Shown here: positions 49,716-56,136 of the stretch, piece by piece | Layout: every line of letters starts with the position of its first letter | Position numbering within the stretch: position 1 is the first letter of the stretch | From: Octopus bimaculoides | Lineage: Eukaryota | Assembly (NCBI RefSeq): GCF_001194135.2 | Contig: NC_068983.1 | Coordinates: 25,006,523 to 25,062,658 of the forward strand | Length of the DNA: 56,136 nt | Direction: 5' to 3' | The notes under the pieces: generated by a model | Told to the model about the DNA's origin: nothing | Databases searched by the model: none | Seen by the model: the letters and a program-made list of their open reading frames with translations, nothing else | Program-made: the position numbers and the translations under genes

Positions 49716-52058
49716 GTAAGTAGCATATTGATTGATTTTGACTTGTCGAAATGATTTCAGATTCACAGGGATTGAGAAAATAGAAATTATGTTTTTATGA
49801 ATTTTCAGCAATAAAAATAAAACAGTAAAATATTCTGAATTTATACTTCTTGAACAAATCTAAACATAGGAACTTGTTTTGATGATCATATATTTTAGTC
49901 TCACTTTGTTTTCCAAAATAGAAACTTTGCAATCTGTTTGTAGATTCTGCACTAAGCAATATAAACAATATTCCAGTTTATTTTCTCGCTTCTTTAGAAG
50001 TTTATTAACTGATTTTCTGGCAGCAGTAATCTGTAATCAACGTAACATAGGCCCACAAATTACTCATCCTAATAATGTTTCCCAATTCGGAAATATTACC
50101 TATAGAATAACCCATTAAAGTATATCAAAAGGTAAATATTTATTCATCTTAAATTCGACGCATCTCTGTGTCTAGTGAGACCGCGGATCGGCATCTGAAG
50201 GTTTCCTATAGAAGGTGCAGATCTTGGCAATATTCTAATGAAAGAGTATTAGATGCCTCTGGATTAAAGTATCCTCTTTCTACGTCGCAGTTGTCACAGG
50301 AATTGGCGAAGTTTGGTATAGCTTGTTAGCAGCGTTGTCGTTAGAGTTGTTGTCAAAACGTAAAGAGCCAGAACAGTTACTGCATCAGACCGATGCACTA
50401 GCAAATTTGACAGTTTTTCAGCCACTAGAGTAGTACTGTATTTATCAACCCCGAAGAAAATGAAAGGCAAATTTGACCTCGGTGGAATTTGAAGTAAGAG
50501 TATAAAATCCGGACTACGACAAAGCGTTCTTTCCTATGCTTTAACAACTCAAACTTCTCACTAAATACTTGTTTGATAAATAAAGGAGTCAATTGGTGGA
50601 GTTGTTAGAATGTCAGATGTAATGCTTTTCCTTAGCGTTCCCGCTCTGTGAGCTCTGAATTCAAATCCTACCGAAGTCTACTTGGCCTTTAAGACTTATA
50701 AAGTCCCAACAAGTTACTGCTGTCGATTTTTCTTCTCTTCTCACACACTCCTCCCCCTCTCTCTCTTTCATACACACTCTTTCTCGCTGGAAGAAATTGG
50801 AGGTGATCAGATAAGAATAATGTGCCGAACTAGGTTTAAATAGTCAAATACGATGTCTTGACCGCACGCTTCCCTACGTCTCCGTCAAAATTTACTGAGG
50901 ACCATCACTTCACCTGTGTGATAAACTGAATTAATTGAATAATTTTGGATTCCCAGGTATACTCATTAGCTGTTAATGGACCTTATTGACTTCACGTAGT
51001 AGAAGAATGGAATTTTGGCGTTCATGCCTTTCCAAAAGAATGAAACTGACTAACTGAAATAAGTAATAACAGCGATTACACCAATAATATGTTGATGAAT
51101 AATTGATCATATATGTATATATTCATAGAAACATTTCCGTTGTTTTCTTTGTTATCTTCTCACACTTTTACAACGTAAATTGAGAAATAGGCAAAACTGA
51201 AATTAATTTATGTGCATTTAGTATTTTAGCATATATTTAAGGCAATTCAACCTAGAGCAATGGTCATCTCTTAAATGTTACTTCTGTTGTATTTAGAACA
51301 GTTGTAAATGTTCTAAGAAATGTAGCTTTTCGGAAGAGTGACACTATCAAAATAAAGTCTTACAAGCTTATTCTTCCCTCTCTCCCCACTTTCTCTAGTC
51401 CTTCTCTTTCAAAATATTTACTAGTTCACATAATATGACTATTTCAACACCAATGTCTTGAAGTAAATCTTGGAGTTTAAAACTGCTTTATCGTTCTACA
51501 AGTATAAATTGACACAGCTGGAATGAACATTAAATCATTTTGAATGGAAAAAAGGAAAACAGTATTCTCGTGATAGATTCTCCTACATATTGTGAAAGAT
51601 ACATTTGTATAAAAAAGAAACAGGAAAGGGGAAAATGTTTCATTAGATTTTATTCTTACGTCTGAATGTAAAACGGGACGGAATCTCTCCGTAATTGTAT
51701 ACCATCGTTAATTGGTCTGACAGCGATGTGAAAGTCGAGACAAATCACTATCATGGAGGTGAGAATGTATCGCAATAAAGAAAAAGAAAGATGTTTGTTT
51801 TCTATTATTTAAAATCACAAGTTCTTGGAAACTTTTGCTCAGTATTTTTATTTCCACCTATCAACTGTTCAGTATTCCTAAGAGTGATGATAAGAGAAAA
51901 AATACTCTTATACATTTTATAACTTTTTATCACCGACTATTTCATTTAGAACACAATATACAGTAACAATTTAATGCAAATGAATTATAAGAGTTTCGTA
52001 AAACTTTCTTTCCTAACATGACTTGGAATAATTATTAAAATATTTTTTTCATTTCCAG

Positions 52059-52118
52059 CAAGATCTAATCTCTTCCAGACGACAGTTTTGTATAACTGGA
52101 TCTTGTTTAATATTCAAG
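52059..52118 (+). CDS. INTU: Inturned exon (60 nt)
   Basis: ttcatttccag|CAA...AAG|gtaaaa; phase 0-0. Encodes QDLISSRRQFCITGSCLIFK (compare DMRRLYTILGSSLFYK). Confidence 0.9.
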
Positions 52119-53488
52119 GTAAAACTTGTCATTTTCTATTGTCGTCTTTTTATTTAATTATATATGGTACATATTAACAGTATGTGATGTAGTTGAAGCA
52201 GCTTGGAAAATAAATTATCATGTCATATGTTTGATAGCTTGGGCAGTGTCTATATTTGATCACTTTACGTATGAACCAGTATAGCTTTAAAGCAATCGTA
52301 CATACCAAGCCATATTTAGGTAATCGCCTTTGTAGTTTCTCAGTCGCTTCAAATAACCTTCTCAGACATTTAAAATGATCTTTTAATTTAAACATGTTTG
52401 TTGTTGTTGTCAGTGACCATTACTTTTAAAATATTATTAAATTTTGTATCTAAACGATTTAAGGTGAAAAAAAAAAAAAAAAGCAAAACAGATAGGCATA
52501 TTTGTAGCATTTAGTAAATCAAGAATAATGACATTTATTCTAGAAAATGACATTTATGATGACCTTTCTTCCGGAAAATGTCCAAATCTTTATTTAACTG
52601 CTGTTACAATTCGTAGAGTAAAATAGTTTTATAAAGCTTCCAGATTATGAAGATGACAGTACAACTTAGAAATATTAACTGTTTCAAACGATCTATAAAA
52701 AGCCAACTTAATTAACTCAATTGGTAACATAATTCAGCAAAGATGAATAAAGGGTACACAGGTATTTTTATTCACTTAGAAATTTAATTTAATTTTTGTT
52801 TATTCTTCATGGATTATATATCATTGTTATTATGAAACTGGTTATTAATGTCAAAACCAAACATTTACTTTATAACTAGGAATACTCCATAATGTACTAG
52901 CTCCAACAATTGAAGAAGCTATTATGTGGTCTGTTAGCATGCTAGAAATAGCAATCAAATTTCAACATCACATCATAACGTCTTAAAATGGAAGGACAAA
53001 TCTGATAAAGAAATGAGTTACTCTTGGTTTTTGGTTATAGTTCAGCATGATCAGTACTTATCTGGGGGTAAACGACAATATCAGCATATCAGTACATGCT
53101 CCTCAGGAGTCTTTAGCAAAGTATACCGTTGAAAACATCTGAACACATCTTCGGTTCTTTTCCCTGCAACGTTTTTGCTTGCAGACATTACCTGGGAGAT
53201 ATTTAGGCTGAGCATCAGACACATCAATTTCAACAATTTATAGAAGTTGTAGAAATCACACAACCTGTTTTATGCCCCTCTTTCATTTATACATTCATCA
53301 CCAATGCTGTAAATTATGGACATGATTTGATTGATAGTGTACAATAATTTCATTTGATTATAATTCCTGCCGACCAAAATAATCATAAACAAAACTTACG
53401 TAGTAAGAGACATTAGGGCAACTAATTTTTGTAGTTTCTTTCCTCAGTCATTTCTAATAACTTTCTATGACATCTAATGTACTTATTT

Positions 53489-53869
53489 GTGGAGGCGCAA
53501 TGGCCCAGTGGTTAGGGCAGTGGACTCGCGGTCATAGGATCGCGGTTTCGATTCCCAGACCGGGCGTTGTGAGTGTTTATTAAGCGCGAAAACACCTAAA
53601 AGCCCCACGAGGCTCCGGCAAGGGATGGTGGCGAACCCTGCTGTACTTTTTCACCACAACTTCCTCTCACTATTACTTCCTGTTTCTGTTGGGTCTGTAA
53701 TTCAATGGGTCAGCCTTGTCACATTGTGTCACACTGAATATCCCCGAGAACTACGTTAAGGGTACACGTGTCTGTGGAGTGCTCAGCCACTTGCACGTTA
53801 ATTTCACGAGCAGGCTGTTCCGTTGATCGGATCGACTGGAACCCTCGACGTCGTAAGCGACGGAGTGCC

Positions 53870-53905
<36 letters not shown>
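53489..53905 (+). mobile_element. Full-length ~420-bp tRNA-derived SINE with (AAC)n tail and 13-bp TSD (copies near 2940-3270 and 23818-24200)
   Basis: Head GGAGGCGCAATGGCCCAGTGGTTAGGG...GGTTTCGATTCC; TSD AATGTACTTATTT (53476-53488) / AATGTGCTTATTT (53906-53918). Confidence 0.88.
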
Positions 53906-53909
<4 letters not shown>

Positions 53910-54869
53910 TGCTTATTTAATTTAAGATATGTTGTCATTGACCATTTGTTTTAAAGTATCACTCAGTCACGATGTTTAAAGTCTTCTACGCCAACGCACA
54001 TGGCCTAGTGTTTAGAGTGTTCAGATCACAGTCGTAGCTTCGATTCCTAGACCAGTAGCATTTCGTTTTCTCCAGCAACCCGCTTTTTACGTTGTTCCAT
54101 TCTACTCAGCTGAAGATGAATACTAGCCGAATGCTAGTATTCACTCCCTCGAACACTCAGTCACTCAAGCTGCCATATCCTGAATGTTTTAAAAGTTCAA
54201 AGAGTAGGAGTTCCGAGTAGGTGTCTGTGTCTGTCTGCAACTTCATAGATACCTAAGCTAATAAATGAAATCTTGGTATATGCTGGTAGCTCATCCTAGC
54301 TTGTGAATGACGACTAAGTTTACTTAGTGTTTCTATAGCAATACTCATTTATATAGTAATGGGTCATCAACATTTTGAGCGATAATTCCTTTGGGTACTG
54401 GCTTCACGCCTGGCCGATGACACGATGTTAAACTACGATCTCGCTGCAGGTACGAGGTTTCAGCACCTCTCTTCTCAGTCATTCACGCTCTTTTTGCTCG
54501 GTGGCTAATAACATTTCTACATTAACTTAGATCGTCTAAGATAAAGGTGCATGTCTCTGGATGCAGGCTTAGCTAGGTGGAGGTGCTTGTCTCCCCCTTG
54601 TAAACATAAGGAAGCAGGAAATGTGTCAAGGCCGACAGGAAGCTGCACCGCTTCCTAAGTCTAACCAACAGTAGTATTATTCCCTTCAAGGAACTGTCAC
54701 GTTAAGTTGACAGCATACAACTACTTTAAAAACTTTCCGTTCTGTACTTTACCAGATGTAACAACTTGTCCTGAACTTTTGCAAGTGTAATAACTTGTCC
54801 TGTACTTTTCCAGATTTATAATCTTAAGACTATTATTTCTCTTGCTCGCATTTTTCCACGTAATAATTA

Positions 54870-55150
54870 TATACATAATTATATTAAGGGGATCAGGAAA
54901 AACCTTCACCGACACTCTAAAAGATAAATGTCAATGACACTAAAAAAACACCGTAAGTCTTTTTCATTGATTTCAGCCCCAAATTGGTTCCCATACACAA
55001 TTAACTGTGAAGTACTATTTATTATTTTTTATTTACCCGCTTACAACCTGTGCTGTGGGAGATTTACAGCGATTTTTTAGTGCCATTGGTATTTATCTTT
55101 TAGCGTGTCGGTGAAAGTTTTTCTTAATCCCTTTAATATAATTATGTATA
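54870..55150. mobile_element. MITE with ~80-bp imperfect terminal inverted repeats
   Basis: tatacataattatattaagggga...cttcaccgacac...ctaaaaaa pairs with ttttttag...gtgtcggtgaa...tccctttaatataattatgtata; TA-flanked. Confidence 0.8.
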
Positions 55151-55164
55151 TAGTTATGTATGTT

Positions 55165-55203
<39 letters not shown>

Positions 55204-55672
55204 CAGAATGGGACAAGAACGCAAAACACCCGGACAGTTAGGTGATACAAGAAAGGGACAAAATATCCAGATAGACGATACAAAGAAAACACGGACAGGT
55301 CATTCGGAGTTTTCTCTCTTCAGTTGAGATCCAGATTATCTTNNNNNNNNNNNNNNNNNNNNNNNNNNNNNNNNNNNNNNNNNNNNNNNNNNNNNNNNNN
55401 NNNNNNNNNNNNNNNNNNNNNNNNNNNNNNNNNNNNNNNNNNNNNNNNNNNNNNNNNNNNNNNNNNNNNNNNNNNNNNNNNNTGGCAACCGCTGTTGCTT
55501 TGTTTACGTCCCCGTAACTCAGCGGTTCACAAAAGATTATGGATAGAATAAGAAACAAATTAGAAAAATAAATACTGGGGCACTTTATTCGACTAAATCC
55601 TTTAAAGCAGTGTCCCAGCACGGCCGTATCTAATTATTTGCAGCAACTAAAATCAATTTTTGCTTTCTATAG

Positions 55673-55894
55673 GGTCATGTAATATGCAGTCACTTGGAAA
55701 CATCGGATTTGCTTGACGCTTGGCTCCTATGTCAAAGCCTTGGATTGGTGTCTTTCAGTCAGGAACATAATTTCAGCGAGTTAATTGTTTGGCATGAAGT
55801 GTTCTTATCGCGTCTTCAAAACGCTAATGAAATGCTGTTGCCTGCAGGATACAATCGGAAACCAGAGAAATGTTTCATTTTCATTGTTGGGCAG
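55673..55894 (+). CDS. INTU: Inturned exon (222 nt), last one in the window
   Basis: tgctttctatag|GGT...CAG|gtatgt; phase 0-0. Encodes GHVICSHLETSDLLDAWLLCQSLGL...ELIVWHEVF...FIFIVGQ (compare GYLICSHLPKDDLIDI...LIIWREVF). Confidence 0.92.
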
Positions 55895-56136
55895 GTATGT
55901 ATAAAGCCATTTTCTTTTAGCATTGATTAAATATACACCTATATTTCATCAGCATTAAATCTATTTAAACGAATCTATTTATCTCAAAATAAATAAATGG
56001 ACAAATAGACAAATAAATAAATAAATATAATCCTATCTGCTACAGGCACAAAGCCTGAATTTTTGTGGGTAGAGGCATAGTCGATTAAATTGACCCAACT
56101 AATACTTATTTTATCGACCCCTAAAGGACGAAAGAC

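Noticed and set aside
55300-55342. Minus-strand CUGAAGA-GAG(AAA)CUC-CGAAU motif beside a gap
   Set aside because: GAAU instead of GAAA and no clear stem I; the element is cut by Ns.

Overview
AT-rich, microsatellite-dense eukaryotic genomic DNA with about 13 N gaps. The SINE/LINE repertoire points to Octopus (coleoid cephalopod); this is an inference. The window is mostly the interior of one + strand gene, inturned (INTU, CPLANE complex; PDZ plus longin region). I traced 10 consecutive GT-AG exons by hand (5492-5964, 10117-10202, 11468-11674, 14954-15063, 19194-19283, 27196-27273, 45952-46114, 49662-49715, 52059-52118, 55673-55894). They join in phase into 514 stop-free codons. The first exon and the 3' exons were not found. 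The introns hold many tRNA-derived SINEs and decayed RTE (two types), R4/Dong, Tx1-like, Gypsy, mariner and pogo elements, plus MITEs. Most ORF-track entries are microsatellite, gap or repeat artefacts. The most unusual structure is an 86-bp tandem array built from the intron/exon junction of the PDZ exon. It stacks decoy CAG|GT acceptors directly ahead of the real one and could act as poison or recursive splice sites. Minimal hammerhead-ribozyme motifs also lie in sense orientation in three introns. Repeat boundaries are approximate; exon boundaries were counted by hand.
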